This document shows, piece by piece, positions 14,637 through 14,786 of a stretch of 14,786 nt of DNA. The stretch covers positions 1-14,786 of the forward strand of contig DXJF01000129.1 in NCBI GenBank assembly GCA_019057375.1. Direction: 5' to 3'. Source of the DNA: Candidatus Heimdallarchaeota archaeon. GTDB lineage: Archaea > Asgardarchaeota > Heimdallarchaeia > Heimdallarchaeales > Heimdallarchaeaceae. The notes under the pieces were generated by a model, which was not told where the DNA came from, did no database searches, and saw nothing but the letters and a program-made list of their open reading frames with translations. Position 1 is the stretch's first letter. Every line of letters begins with the position of its first letter. The position numbers and the translations under genes were made by a program.

Positions 14637-14786
14637 TTATCTTTGAGTAGATTTTTCACCCAATATGGTTGTACTTACCACTTCTTCATTATTTAGAATA
14701 GATCTTAATCCTCTAAGGAAGGCCGGTCTTTTAACCCGTGATCCCAGGGTGAAGGAGAGGAAAAAACCAGGACTAAGAGGAGCCAG
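14637..14786 (-). CDS. C-terminal fragment of an upstream gene (partial, unidentified)
   Basis: The frame is open from the window edge to TAA 14637: LAPLSPGFFLSFTLGSRVKRPAFLRGLRSILNNEEVVSTTILGEKSTQR. Confidence 0.55.
   Translation of the reverse strand: MAPLSPGFFLSFTLGSRVKRPAFLRGLRSILNNEEVVSTTILGEKSTQR

Noticed and set aside
14700-14786. GC-richer end resembling tRNA-Lys (CTTTTAA loop) or the SRP Alu domain
   Set aside because: No T-psi-C arm (GTTCRA) and no proper anticodon stem; an open minus-strand frame explains it more simply.
1-14786. CRISPR array associated with the TnpB (Cas12-like)
   Set aside because: No regularly spaced repeats found; the infB repeat has only two copies and is coding-derived.

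Overview
AT-rich archaeal window, Asgard/Heimdallarchaeia-like by gene content and style (inference, not a database result). Right half (8924-14786): conserved translation cluster rpl7ae-rps28e-rpl24e-ndk ... infB (aIF5B) on the minus strand. It is split by a plus-strand secreted beta-helix/Ca-binding-repeat surface protein, and a kink-turn occludes the rpl7ae Shine-Dalgarno. Left half (1-8920) is accessory DNA lying where rps6e usually follows infB. It holds (i) a tightly overlapping, virus-like minus-strand operon, including ORFs the track missed and a 319-codon frame split by one TGA; (ii) two copies of a ~44-bp promoter-like motif, each followed by a plus-strand stem-loop element, one a ~200-nt multibranched pseudoknotted ncRNA candidate; (iii) a membrane-anchored HerA/VirB4-like ATPase; and (iv) a large TnpB with a Fanzor-type rearranged RuvC (D / shifted E / D) and no tnpA. 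The TnpB's putative omegaRNA ends in a 20-nt segment that is a diverged, codon-conserving copy of the adjacent infB 3' end.
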